Shown here in pieces: positions 42,832-52,223 of a stretch of 64,000 nt of DNA; within the stretch, counting starts at the first letter, position 1; each line of letters starts with the position of its first letter. The stretch spans positions 9,674-73,673 of the forward strand of contig JBBSEC010000004.1 in the NCBI GenBank assembly GCA_038240075.1, written 5' to 3'. The notes under the pieces were generated by a model. That model had not been told where the DNA came from. It was given only the letters and a program-made list of their open reading frames with translations, and made no database searches. The position numbers and the translations under genes are program-made. This DNA is from Acidimicrobiia bacterium. GTDB taxonomy: Bacteria > Actinomycetota > Acidimicrobiia > IMCC26256 > PALSA-610.

Positions 42832-43205
42832 GCTCACCGGCTCGGCCTTCACGTACTCAGCGTACGGTGCGCCGCACCAGGGTGGAACCGCCGCCTCTGC
42901 GGCGGTGGAAAGTTCGTGGCTCCGGGGTCGGGTTCGCTCTGACTCCCCGCCGGCTCAGCGACCAACTGCTGCCATTGCGGATCAACATCTCCCCGGGTGC
43001 GTTCACGGCGCCCCAGCCCGGCAGCCGCTCGCACAACGCCACGTCTTTGTTACTTGCCTCCCTGGTGTTGCTCCGCCCGCCCTGGCGGTTGGTGGAGCCA
43101 AGGAAGTTGTACCACGCAGAGTGGGCATCGTCCAGGGTCAAACGGCCTATCTCTCACACCTGGTGGCAAATCGGCCGCTTGTGCACTCGCGCGCCGCGCG
43201 CGGGG

Positions 43206-44447
43206 TCAGCCGGGGAGGTCGAGCACGAGCACGGTGAGCTCGCCACCCGCGGCGACACCGTCGCCGTCGGGCAGCAGCGCGAGCCCGTTCGCGCGCGCCA
43301 TCCCCGAGAGCACGTTGCTCGCCTGCACGCCCGAGCGCGCGGCGACGAACCCACCGTCATCGTCGCGGCTCAGCACGACGCGCTCGATGTAGAGACGGCC
43401 GTCGGGCCGGCGTCCGAAGTCGGTGGCGGCGCGGGCGCGCACGCGCGGCCGGCCCGGCTCGCCGTGGCCCATCATCAACCGCAGCGCGGGACGGGCGAAC
43501 ATCTCGAAGCTCACGTGCGAGGAGACCGGGTTCCCCGGGAGGCCGAACACCGGCACCCGTCCGAGGCGGCCGAACGCGAGCGGTTTGGCCGGCTTGATCG
43601 CGACCTGCGCCCACACGAAGTCGCTGCCGGGCCGGTCGCGGGCGACGGTCTCGATCGCCGTCTTCACGAAGTCGTAGTCGCCGACCGACACCGCGCCGCT
43701 CGTCACGAGCGCGTCGCAGGTGTCGGCGGCATCGGCGATGGCCTTCGTGATCGCGGCCTCGTCGTCGCGGGCCATGCCGAGGTCGACGGCGACCGCGCCC
43801 GCCTCCTCGACGAGCGCCTTCAACATGGGGCGGTTGGCGTCGCGGATCTGGCCGGGCGCGAGGGGACCCCGCTCGACGAGCTCGTCGCCCGTCGACATCA
43901 CGGCGACCCGCGCACGGGGGACGACGTCGATCTCGGCAATGTCGAGGCTCGCGAGCACACCGACGTGCGCGGCGCGCACGACGGTGCCGGCCGTGAACAC
44001 GACGACGCCGGGCGCCACGTCACCGGCTGACGGACGGACGTGATCCCCAGGCCCGGCCGGTTGCATGATCCGCACACTCGCGTCGCCGTCATCGAGGCGA
44101 GCGGTGTGCTCCACCATGACGATCGCGTCGGCGCCGTCGGGGATGGGCGCGCCGGTCATGATCCGGATCGCCTCCCCCACTCCGACTGCGGTCGTGGGTG
44201 CCCGACCGGCCGGAAGCTCACCGACGACGCGGAGCGTCACCGGCGCCCCCTCCGATGCGCCAACGGTGTCTGCGGCACGGACCGCGTACCCGTCCATTGC
44301 CGTGTTCGCGAACGGCGGAATCGCCTCGGTCGCGACGATGTCGGCAGCCAGCACGAGACCCACCGCGTCGGCGACGGCGACCGATTGCGTCGGCAGGGTC
44401 GTGATGCCGGACATCACGCGCGCCTGGGCCTCGGCGAGCGAGATCAC
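43206..44447 (-). CDS. moeA: Molybdopterin molybdenumtransferase MoeA
   Basis: ORF 413 aa. MISLAEAQARV..., PPFANTAMDGYAVRAAD, MSTGDELV and LPGNPVSS are typical of MoeA. Confidence 0.9.
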   Translation of the reverse strand: MISLAEAQARVMSGITTLPTQSVAVADAVGLVLAADIVATEAIPPFANTAMDGYAVRAADTVGASEGAPVTLRVVGELPAGRAPTTAVGVGEAIRIMTGAPIPDGADAIVMVEHTARLDDGDASVRIMQPAGPGDHVRPSAGDVAPGVVVFTAGTVVRAAHVGVLASLDIAEIDVVPRARVAVMSTGDELVERGPLAPGQIRDANRPMLKALVEEAGAVAVDLGMARDDEAAITKAIADAADTCDALVTSGAVSVGDYDFVKTAIETVARDRPGSDFVWAQVAIKPAKPLAFGRLGRVPVFGLPGNPVSSHVSFEMFARPALRLMMGHGEPGRPRVRARAATDFGRRPDGRLYIERVVLSRDDDGGFVAARSGVQASNVLSGMARANGLALLPDGDGVAAGGELTVLVLDLPG

Positions 44448-44466
44448 CGAGCGTTCGTGAGGTTCA

Positions 44467-45345
44467 TCAGAGGCTGTATTTGCGCATCACGTCGCGCAGC
44501 ATGTCGGCGACGGCCGGCCCGAGGTCGGGACGTTCGAGCGCGAGCTCCACGTTGGCGCGCAGGAAGCCGAGCTTCTGACCGATGTCGTGGCGGCCTTCCA
44601 CGAAGAGCCGGCCGTAGACGCTCTGGTCTTCGAGCAGCAGCGAGACCGCGTCGGTGAGCTGTAGCTCTCCGCCCCGACCCGGCTGGATGTTGTCGAGGGC
44701 GTCGAAGATCTCGGGGGTGAAGACGTAGCGGCCGAACACGGCGAGGTTCGAGGGTGCCTCTTCGCGCGGCGGCTTCTCGACGATCTCCTTCACCTCGATC
44801 AGACCTTCGTGCACCACCTCGCCCGCGGCGCAGCCGTAGGAGGAGATCTCCTCCTCGCTCACTTGCAGCAGCGCCATCACCGAGCGCCCGTAGCGCTCGT
44901 GCACGTCGAGCATCGAGCGCAGCAACTCACCGTCGTCGACCATCAGGTCGTCGGCGAGCAGCACCGCGAAGGGCTCGCTCCCCACGTGCTCGCGTGCGAC
45001 CGACACCGCGTGCCCGAGACCGTTCGGATCGCCCTGGCGCACGTAGTGGATGTGCGCGAGCTCCGCAGAGGCCTGCACCTCCTTGAGGAGGTCGTGCTTG
45101 CCGGCCTCCTCGAGGTAGTGCTCGAGCTCGAAGTTGCGGTCGAAGTGGTCTTCGATCGCGCGCTTGTTCCGGCCGGTGATGATCAGGATGTCGGTGAGCC
45201 CGGCCCTGACCGCTTCCTCGACGACGTACTGGATCGCGGGCTTGTCGACGACCGGCAGCATCTCTTTGGGCTGGCTCTTCGTCGCCGGGAGGAATCGCGT
45301 CCCCAGGCCCGCGGCCGGGATGACGGCCTTGCGCACCTTCGTCAC
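44467..45345 (-). CDS. galU: UTP--glucose-1-phosphate uridylyltransferase
   Basis: ORF 44467..45387 trimmed to a GTG. VRKAVIPAAGLGTRFLPATKSQPKEMLPVVDKPAIQYVVEE. Confidence 0.9.
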   Translation of the reverse strand: MTKVRKAVIPAAGLGTRFLPATKSQPKEMLPVVDKPAIQYVVEEAVRAGLTDILIITGRNKRAIEDHFDRNFELEHYLEEAGKHDLLKEVQASAELAHIHYVRQGDPNGLGHAVSVAREHVGSEPFAVLLADDLMVDDGELLRSMLDVHERYGRSVMALLQVSEEEISSYGCAAGEVVHEGLIEVKEIVEKPPREEAPSNLAVFGRYVFTPEIFDALDNIQPGRGGELQLTDAVSLLLEDQSVYGRLFVEGRHDIGQKLGFLRANVELALERPDLGPAVADMLRDVMRKYSL

Positions 45346-45408
45346 ACACCACTCCTCGATCGCCTGGACCCGAAATGCTAGGTGCACGCGCCGCCGCGCA
45401 CCCCTTCG

Positions 45409-46008
45409 TCACACCATCGGCGGTTCGGGGCCCGGCTGCAGGTTGATCTCGGCCCGCCGCGCCAGCCGGCGGATGTTGGGAAGGTGCCGGAGCAGCAGCA
45501 ACACCGCGACCCCCGAGATCACCGCGATCTCCCAGCCGTCGTAGCCGGTCAACGCGACCGTCACCGGGAACGCGACCACGAGCAGCAGCGAGGCGATCGA
45601 CGCCTTGTGCAGCACCCGGGAGACGACGAACCAGACCACCGCGAGGGGCAGGGCGATCAACGGGAAGAGCACGACCAGCATGCCTCCCGCGGCTGCGACG
45701 CCCTTCCCGCCCTTGCGCCGCAGCGGGTAGGTGTGGCCGACGACGGCCGCGCAGCCGACGAGGTACGCGCCGGGCCGGCCGCCGGCCGCCCAGCCCATGC
45801 CCGCGGCCGCCGCACCCTTCGCGAAGTCGGCGAGCAGCACGATCGCCCCGAAGCGCCACCCGAGGATGCGGGCCACGTTGGAGGCACCCGGGTTGCCGGA
45901 TCCCTCGGCGAGGATGTCGTGGCCCTTCGCCCGGGCGACGAGCACCGCGCTCGGGAACACGCCGAGCACGTAGCCGACCGGAATCAGGGCGACGGCGAAC
46001 CACGGCAT
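45409..46008 (-). CDS. plsY: Glycerol-3-phosphate acyltransferase PlsY
   Basis: ORF 199 aa, a polytopic membrane protein with SGNPGASNVAR and YPLRRKGGKGVA motifs. Confidence 0.85.
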   Translation of the reverse strand: MPWFAVALIPVGYVLGVFPSAVLVARAKGHDILAEGSGNPGASNVARILGWRFGAIVLLADFAKGAAAAGMGWAAGGRPGAYLVGCAAVVGHTYPLRRKGGKGVAAAGGMLVVLFPLIALPLAVVWFVVSRVLHKASIASLLLVVAFPVTVALTGYDGWEIAVISGVAVLLLLRHLPNIRRLARRAEINLQPGPEPPMV

Positions 46009-46123
46009 TGCCGCTCATCTTGGCACCCACGCCGCGCGCGGTACGATTAGCACTCCACGCCCGCGAGTGCCAGCCCTGGTGTTCAGGAGAACGGGCACTC
46101 TGCAGAACGGAAGCCGACGTTCG

Positions 46124-46576
46124 ATGCCGACCTACGAGTATCGCTGCGCCAAGTGCGGTGAGGATCTCGAGGTGTACCAGACCTTCAGCGAGGAACCGCT
46201 GAAGAAGCACGTCGGCTGCGGCGGCAAGCTCAGCAAGGTGTTCCCGTCGGTCGGGATCGTGCTCAAGGGGTCGGGTTTCTACAAGACCGACAACCGCGAC
46301 TCCGGCACGAAGCGCAAGGCTCGTGAGGACGCCTCGGGCAGTAGCGACTCCTCGTCGTCGAACGGCGGCTCGGAGAAATCGGAGACCGCGGCGAAGTCCG
46401 AGAAGTCGGACACCAAGGCTTCCGACTCGGGTTCGGGCTCGGGCTCGTCGTCCGGCGACTCGTCGAAGTCGACGTCGTCGAGCGAGAAGAAGTCGGGTGA
46501 GAAGAAGTCGGGTGAGAAGAAGCGCGGCGGCGACCAGAAGAGCGGCGAGAAGAAGTCGCCGGTCAAGTCTGCGTGA
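46124..46576 (+). CDS. FmdB-family zinc-ribbon protein with long Ser/Lys/Glu-rich tail
   Basis: ORF 46067..46576 trimmed to the ATG at MPTYEYRCAKCGEDLEVYQTFSEEPLKKHVGCGGKLSKV (CxxC...CxGG zinc ribbon). The low-complexity tail includes GEKKSGEKKSGEKK. Confidence 0.8.
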   Translation: MPTYEYRCAKCGEDLEVYQTFSEEPLKKHVGCGGKLSKVFPSVGIVLKGSGFYKTDNRDSGTKRKAREDASGSSDSSSSNGGSEKSETAAKSEKSDTKASDSGSGSGSSSGDSSKSTSSSEKKSGEKKSGEKKRGGDQKSGEKKSPVKSA

Positions 46577-47421
46577 CTGACGCGGTCGCGCCCGTCGGAG
46601 TCTTCGGCGGATCCGGCTTCACGGAGTTTCTCGACGGAGTGACGCACCGCGAGATCGACACGCCCTTCGGGCGGCCGTCGGCGCCGCTCGCGATCGGACA
46701 GGTCGGCGACCGCCGCGTCGTGTTCGTGCCCCGCCACGGCGTCGCGCACGAGCACGCGCCGCACCTCGTACCCGCGAAGGCGAACCTCTGGGCAATGCGC
46801 ACCCTCGGTGTGCGCCAGGTGATCGGTCCGTGCGCCGCGGGCTCGTTGCGCGCCGCGATCGCACCGGGCGATTTCGTGGTGCTCGACCAGATCGTCGACC
46901 GGACGTCGGGCCGGCCCGACACGTACTACGACGCGGGCCATCCGCATCACGTGTCGTTCGCGGATCCGTACTGCCCCCGCCTCGGGCTCGCGGCGATCGC
47001 GGCTGCGAAGCGGCTCGGGATCACAGTGCACGAACGCGGCACCGTCGTCGTCGTGCAGGGCCCCCGATTCTCGACGCGCGCCGAGTCGCGTTGGTACCGC
47101 TCCGAAGGTTGGGACGTCGTCAACATGACGCAGTATCCCGAGGCGTATCTCGCTCGCGAGCTCGGCCTCTGCTACGCCGGGATCGCGCTCATCACCGATT
47201 ACGACACCGGGGTCGAAGACGATCCGAGCGTCACGCCGGTCACGCAGGACCAGGTGTTCTCGTTCTTCGACGACAACCTGCACCGGCTCCGGCAACTGCT
47301 GCTCGACGTGATCCCCACGTTGCCGGCCGTGCCGGCGTGCGACTGCGCACAGGCGGTCGGTCCGCTCGCGCACTTCGACGCGTCACACCCGCCGCTCGAC
47401 GGATCGGCATCGCCGCCGTAG
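46573..47421 (+). CDS. mtnP: S-methyl-5'-thioadenosine phosphorylase
   Basis: ORF 282 aa whose GTG overlaps the previous stop. VGVFGGSGF, FVPRHG and RFSTRAESRWYRSEGWDVVNMT are typical of MTAP/PNP family 2. Confidence 0.85.
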   Translation: MTDAVAPVGVFGGSGFTEFLDGVTHREIDTPFGRPSAPLAIGQVGDRRVVFVPRHGVAHEHAPHLVPAKANLWAMRTLGVRQVIGPCAAGSLRAAIAPGDFVVLDQIVDRTSGRPDTYYDAGHPHHVSFADPYCPRLGLAAIAAAKRLGITVHERGTVVVVQGPRFSTRAESRWYRSEGWDVVNMTQYPEAYLARELGLCYAGIALITDYDTGVEDDPSVTPVTQDQVFSFFDDNLHRLRQLLLDVIPTLPAVPACDCAQAVGPLAHFDASHPPLDGSASPP

Positions 47422-47517
47422 TGTCGTCCCGCTCCCCCGGGCGCTTCCCCCGCAGTTCAACGTCGCGCACGATGCGCATCACTCAGATGCTCATCACCGA
47501 GATGCCGGGGGTCCGTC

Positions 47518-48267
47518 TTGCATCAACGAACGTTCCTGCACGGGACCCCGCGGGCACGGGTGATCCAGATCGCGGCGGTGCTCGTCGCGCTCCTGACGTT
47601 CAGAGTCGTAGCCGGCGATCTCTCGGCGCTGCACCGCAACGCGCGGCGCTTCGGGAGCACGCGCGCCGTCGTGGTCGCGGTGGTCGACCTCGAGCTCGGC
47701 TCACGAGTGCACGGCGGTGACGTGAAGACCGTCGAGCTCCCGGCTGCGGCCGTTCCGAACGGGGCGCTCGCGACGCGCGATGACGCGATCGGTCGGGTCG
47801 TCGCGGTACCGGTGCTCGCCGGTGCGGCCGTTGCTGATCGCGCGCTCGTGTCGGCACGGCGAGGTGCCGACGCCGGCGGCGGTGGCGCCGGCGACGCGGG
47901 CGGCCTCGATGGCCTGATCGCTCCGGGCCGGCGGGCCGTGCGTGTGACCACGACCGACGGGCTGCGTCCCGATCCCGGCAGTGTCCTCGACATCCTCGCC
48001 ACGCTCGACGCGCGCGACGTCGGTGGCACCGTCGAGCCGACTGTCGTGGTGGCACGAGCCGCCCGGGTGTTGGCGGTGGATCCGGCGCCGTCGTCGCGCG
48101 ACTCGACCGCGGTCGGGCCCGACGCTCGCGTGGGGGTCGTCGTCCTCGTGACCGCGCTCGAAGCGAGTCGAATCGCCGACGCCACGGCACGGGGCGCGTT
48201 GATGCTCGCCCTCGATCCGCCCGACGACGCGTGCACCGGTGACGCGCCGGTAGCGTGCCGCCCGTGA
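47518..48267 (+). CDS. SAF-domain / Flp pilus assembly CpaB-like protein
   Basis: ORF 249 aa (TTG start). N-terminal TM IQIAAVLVALLTF followed by a SAF-like segment VVVAVVDLELGSRVHGGDVKTVELPAAAVPNGAL...IGRVVAVPVLAGAAV. Confidence 0.55.
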   Translation: MHQRTFLHGTPRARVIQIAAVLVALLTFRVVAGDLSALHRNARRFGSTRAVVVAVVDLELGSRVHGGDVKTVELPAAAVPNGALATRDDAIGRVVAVPVLAGAAVADRALVSARRGADAGGGGAGDAGGLDGLIAPGRRAVRVTTTDGLRPDPGSVLDILATLDARDVGGTVEPTVVVARAARVLAVDPAPSSRDSTAVGPDARVGVVVLVTALEASRIADATARGALMLALDPPDDACTGDAPVACRP

Positions 48268-49001
48268 TCCGAGCAGTGATCTTCGACTACGGCGGTGTGA
48301 TCTCGAGCCCGTTGTTCCGCGGCATCGGCGAGTTCGAGGCGGCCGAGGGCTACCGCAAGGGCTCGTTGCTGCAGCTGCTCTTCGGCGAGACGCACTACAT
48401 CGGAGTCCACGGGCGCGCGGTCGCCGACGAGCTGACCGCCGACGAGCTCGGGGGCGACCCCGACTCGCTCGAGTCGGAAGGCGAGACCGACGACGTGCCC
48501 GCATGGCACCGCTTGGAGCGCGGCGAGATCGACATGGCCGAGTACTACACGATCATCGTCGAGCGCGCACCGGCACTCCTCGGCCGCACGATCGACTTCG
48601 AGGCGTACGGCCGGTTCATGCGCTCGAGCGCGCCCGGCGTGCACTGGCAGGTCGTCCACCGCATCCGCGAGCTGCGCGGCACGGTGAAGCTCGGATTGCT
48701 CACCAACAACGTGAAGGAGTTCGGGGAGCACTGGCGCTCCACGTTCCCGATCGACGAGCTGTTCGAGGTGATCGTCGACTCGAGTCACGTCGGGATGCGC
48801 AAACCCGATCCGGAGATCTACCTGCTCACGTGCTCAGCGCTCGAGGTCGAACCGGGTGAGGCCGTGTTCGTCGACGACAACGCCGACAACGTCGCGGCCG
48901 CGCGCTCCCTCGGCATGGAGACCGTGCACTTCGGCGACGACCCTCGCGTCGCGCTCGCCGAGCTCGACACCGTCTTGCAGCGCCGCGGGCTCGCCGGATA
49001 G
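48255..49001 (+). CDS. HAD-superfamily hydrolase (subfamily IA)
   Basis: ORF 248 aa. Motif I VIFDYGGVI, then LLTNN, then C-terminal VFVDDNADNV. Confidence 0.75.
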   Translation: MPPVIRAVIFDYGGVISSPLFRGIGEFEAAEGYRKGSLLQLLFGETHYIGVHGRAVADELTADELGGDPDSLESEGETDDVPAWHRLERGEIDMAEYYTIIVERAPALLGRTIDFEAYGRFMRSSAPGVHWQVVHRIRELRGTVKLGLLTNNVKEFGEHWRSTFPIDELFEVIVDSSHVGMRKPDPEIYLLTCSALEVEPGEAVFVDDNADNVAAARSLGMETVHFGDDPRVALAELDTVLQRRGLAG

Positions 49002-49013
49002 CAGTCTGAGCCG

Positions 49014-50441
49014 TTAGCGATCGCGCGCCGCGGCGAGGATCGCCGCTACCGACGCGGTGACGTCGGCTTCGGTCGTCGCGAAGTTGCTGACCGAGATGCG
49101 CATCACGGCCCGGTTCCGCCAGGTCGAGCCACCGAGCCAACAGGTGCCGTCGTCCTGCACCGCCGCGATCACCGCGCGCGTGCGCGCGTCGTGGTCGTCG
49201 TCGATGCCCGACGGCGCGAGGAAGCGCACCAGCACCTGGTTGAGCACGACGTCGTTGAGCACCACGATGCCAGGCTCGACCGCGAGGAGATCCGCGAACC
49301 GGCGTGCGTGCGCGCAGCAGCGCTCGACGATCGCGACGATGCCGTCACGACCGAGCGCCGCCAACGCGGCGTAGACCGGCACGCCGCGCGCGCGTCGTGA
49401 GAACTCGGGGTTCCAGTCGACCGGATCACGATCGGTCCCCGGCGCGGCCTGCACGAGGTACGACGCGGTTGCCGTCATCGCGGCCCGGTGCGCATCGGGA
49501 TGCCGGCAGATCACGATGCCGCAGTCGTACGGAACATTGAGCCATTTGTGCGCATCGGTCGACCACGAGTCGGCGTCGGCGAGACGCGCCAGCTCCGGCC
49601 TGGAGCGACCTGCGGCCGCCCACAAGCCGATGGCGCCGTCGACGTGCAACCAGGCGCCGTGCGCGTGCGCTACGGCCGCGAGCTCGCCGATGGGATCGAG
49701 CGCGCCGGTATTGATGTTTCCGGCCTGACAGCACACGATCGTGGGCCGACCAGGCGTGGCTGCGAGCACCCGCTCGAGATCGGCCGGCACCATCGCACCG
49801 TTGGCATCGACGGCCACGTACTCCTGCGAACGGGTACCGAGACCAAGGAACCGGGCGGCACGCGGAATCGTGACGTGAACTTCGTCGCCGACCACGAGGC
49901 GGATCGGAGGCGAGCCCGCGAGACCGTCGGTCTCGACGTCGTGGCCGACGGCTGCGAGAACGTGGTGGCGCGCCGCCGCGAGCGCGGTCGTGTTGGCCAT
50001 CTGCCCGCCGGTGACGAATCCGAACGACGATTCCGTCGGGAGCCCGAGCAGCTCGATGACCCAGCGGCCCGCGACCTCCTCGATCACCGACGTCGCCGGG
50101 CTCGGCGCGAACAGCCCGGTGTTCTGGTCCCATGCCGTCACGAGCCAGTCCGCACCGATCGCGGCCGGGGTTGCGCCGCCGATCACGAAGCCGAAGAAGC
50201 GCCCCGATCCCATGCCCATCAGGCCGCCGGATTCGACGACGTCGGCCAACCGGTTCAACACCGTGGCCGGATCACTCGAGTGCTCGGGCACCGGTCCGCC
50301 GAGCGCGGCCCGCAGCTGCGCGGGCGTCGCGGTCGGCGTCACCGTTTCGTCGCGCACACGCGCGCGGTACGCGATCCCACGGTCGGCCGCGGCGCGCAGC
50401 AGCTCGGCCTCGCCGCTCAGGTCGGCGTCACCCTCGCTCAT
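49014..50441 (-). CDS. Pyridoxal-dependent (group II) decarboxylase
   Basis: ORF 49014..50696 trimmed to the ATG at MSEGDADL. PLP-lysine motif SWSTDAHKWLNVPYDCG, and GGQMANTTAL. Confidence 0.85.
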   Translation of the reverse strand: MSEGDADLSGEAELLRAAADRGIAYRARVRDETVTPTATPAQLRAALGGPVPEHSSDPATVLNRLADVVESGGLMGMGSGRFFGFVIGGATPAAIGADWLVTAWDQNTGLFAPSPATSVIEEVAGRWVIELLGLPTESSFGFVTGGQMANTTALAAARHHVLAAVGHDVETDGLAGSPPIRLVVGDEVHVTIPRAARFLGLGTRSQEYVAVDANGAMVPADLERVLAATPGRPTIVCCQAGNINTGALDPIGELAAVAHAHGAWLHVDGAIGLWAAAGRSRPELARLADADSWSTDAHKWLNVPYDCGIVICRHPDAHRAAMTATASYLVQAAPGTDRDPVDWNPEFSRRARGVPVYAALAALGRDGIVAIVERCCAHARRFADLLAVEPGIVVLNDVVLNQVLVRFLAPSGIDDDHDARTRAVIAAVQDDGTCWLGGSTWRNRAVMRISVSNFATTEADVTASVAAILAAARDR

Positions 50442-50467
50442 ACGCTCAGCGTACGGCCGCGGCGCCG

Positions 50468-50860
50468 TTACGACCTCGTGACGGTGGCGTCGATCTCCAC
50501 GAGCTGCGTCGCGTAGCCGAGACACGGCACACCGAGCAGCGTCGCAGGGGGAACACTCCCGTCGAACCAGCCGGTCACGCCGTCCCAGGCGTCGAGGAGG
50601 TTCTGGTGCTCGCCGACCACGTACACCGTGAACTGGTGGATGTCGCCGGTCGCGAAGCCATGATGTTCGACGAGCGTGACCAAGTTGCGCAGGCACTGGC
50701 GCGCCTGCGCGCCTGCGTCGCCCGCACCCACGAGATTCCCGTCGACATCGAGCGGCACCTGTCCCGCGACGAACAGGCGGTCACCGACGCGGTCGGCGTA
50801 GCGATAGCCGGGTGTGGGCGCGAGGCCCGCCACGGCGTCGGGCTCGTTCCCGCCGCTCAT
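50468..50860 (-). CDS. RidA/YjgF family protein
   Basis: ORF 130 aa. LFVAGQVPLD...GDAGAQARQCLRNL...VEIDATV follows the RidA pattern. Confidence 0.8.
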   Translation of the reverse strand: MSGGNEPDAVAGLAPTPGYRYADRVGDRLFVAGQVPLDVDGNLVGAGDAGAQARQCLRNLVTLVEHHGFATGDIHQFTVYVVGEHQNLLDAWDGVTGWFDGSVPPATLLGVPCLGYATQLVEIDATVTRS

Positions 50861-50864
50861 CGGC

Positions 50865-52223
50865 TCAGGCGCCGCTCATCGTCATCTCGGAGACGAGCAG
50901 GGTGACACCGGCGGCGCTTCCACCGAGCGCGGTGACATCGGAGCCGATCTCCGCGATGTCGAGCAGCATGCGCGGCAGTGTCGACGCGATCGTCACCTCG
51001 CGAACGGGCTCCGCGAGCACACCGTCGCGCACCATGAGCCCCTCGGCGCCGACCGAGAAGTCGCCGCTGATCGGGTTCGTGCCCGAGTGCAGTCCGCTCA
51101 CCGACTGCACGTAGAGCCCGTCGGGAACCGCAGCAAGGATCTCGTCGTGCCCGCGCGCTCCCGGCTTCAGCTGCAGCGCGCGCACTCCGACTCCCGGCGT
51201 CGATCGGTAGCCGGCGCGCGTCGCCGAACCCGTCGTTGCGGTGCCGGCGCGGCGCGCCGTCGCGCTGTTGTGCAGGAACCCCTGCAGGACGCCCGCGGAG
51301 ACGAGCGGGTTCCGCCGGCACGGCATGCCCTCGGAGTCGTGCGTCGTCGCGCCGGGCATCAGCGGATCGGTCGGGTCGTCGGCGAGGTCGACGATCGGCG
51401 CCGCGACCGTTTCACCGACCCGATCGAGGAACAACGAACGGCCTTTCAGCATCGACTCGCCGTTGAACGCGGCCGAGAGCACACCCAGGAACGCGGCGGT
51501 GACGAGCGGGTCGAGCACGACCGGCAGGCGGCGGCCCTTGGGCTGACGCGCGCCGAGCAGCCGCAATGCGCGATCGGTCGCCATCGCGACGATCTGGTCG
51601 GCGTCGAGATCCGCGAACGTGCGGCCGACGCTGAAGCCGTAGCCCGTCTGCGTCTGGCCGTCGGCCTCCGCGAGCGCGACGGCGCTCGCGGAGCACACCG
51701 TGCGCCGGGTCGCGGCCTCGACACCCGCCGAGCTCGCGATCGCAGCTTCGACGAGACCGTCTCCGTAGCTCGTCGACTCGACCTCGCGGATCCGCGGGTC
51801 CGAGCCCGACACGCGCGCGTCGAGATCGATCGTGTACTTCACCTTGTCGTCGGTCGTGACCGCGAGCAGCTCCTCGCGCCAGAGATCGAGGTCGGGCACG
51901 GCGACGTTCGCGGCGTCGCTGACGCTGGGAAGACCACTCCACTCGTCGGGCTCCGCGAAGGTCGCGTTGTCGCGCGCTTCGGCGATGGTCTCCGCGATCA
52001 CGTCGGCGTCGAACGTCCCGGCCCACGCGAAACCCTGCCGGTGATCCGCGATGACCCGCACGCCGACGCCCTGCACTCCGGCGACCGCGAGCGAATCGAT
52101 CTCGCCGCGGAACACCTCGATGTCGGTCTCGCGCGTCCGCACGACGTAGGCCTCGATCTGCTCTCCGGGCCCGGCCGCGCCCGCGACGCCGCGAGCGAGC
52201 GACAACAGATCGACGTCGCTCAT
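50865..52223 (-). CDS. TldD/PmbA-family metalloprotease subunit (PmbA/TldE-like)
   Basis: ORF 50865..52322 trimmed to the ATG at MSDVDLLSLARG, whose start overlaps the tldD stop (ATGA-type coupling). C-terminal GLHSGTNPISGDFSVGAEG. Confidence 0.8.
   Translation of the reverse strand: MSDVDLLSLARGVAGAAGPGEQIEAYVVRTRETDIEVFRGEIDSLAVAGVQGVGVRVIADHRQGFAWAGTFDADVIAETIAEARDNATFAEPDEWSGLPSVSDAANVAVPDLDLWREELLAVTTDDKVKYTIDLDARVSGSDPRIREVESTSYGDGLVEAAIASSAGVEAATRRTVCSASAVALAEADGQTQTGYGFSVGRTFADLDADQIVAMATDRALRLLGARQPKGRRLPVVLDPLVTAAFLGVLSAAFNGESMLKGRSLFLDRVGETVAAPIVDLADDPTDPLMPGATTHDSEGMPCRRNPLVSAGVLQGFLHNSATARRAGTATTGSATRAGYRSTPGVGVRALQLKPGARGHDEILAAVPDGLYVQSVSGLHSGTNPISGDFSVGAEGLMVRDGVLAEPVREVTIASTLPRMLLDIAEIGSDVTALGGSAAGVTLLVSEMTMSGA

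Noticed and set aside
42900-42930. RNase P RNA-like motif GGTGGAAAGTTCGTGGCTCC on the plus strand of the moaA leader
   Set aside because: It resembles GAGGAAAGUCCGGGCUCC only locally. I could not find the other universally conserved RNase P elements (for example the ACAGAA...CGGCUUA region), and the gap is too short for the full RNA.
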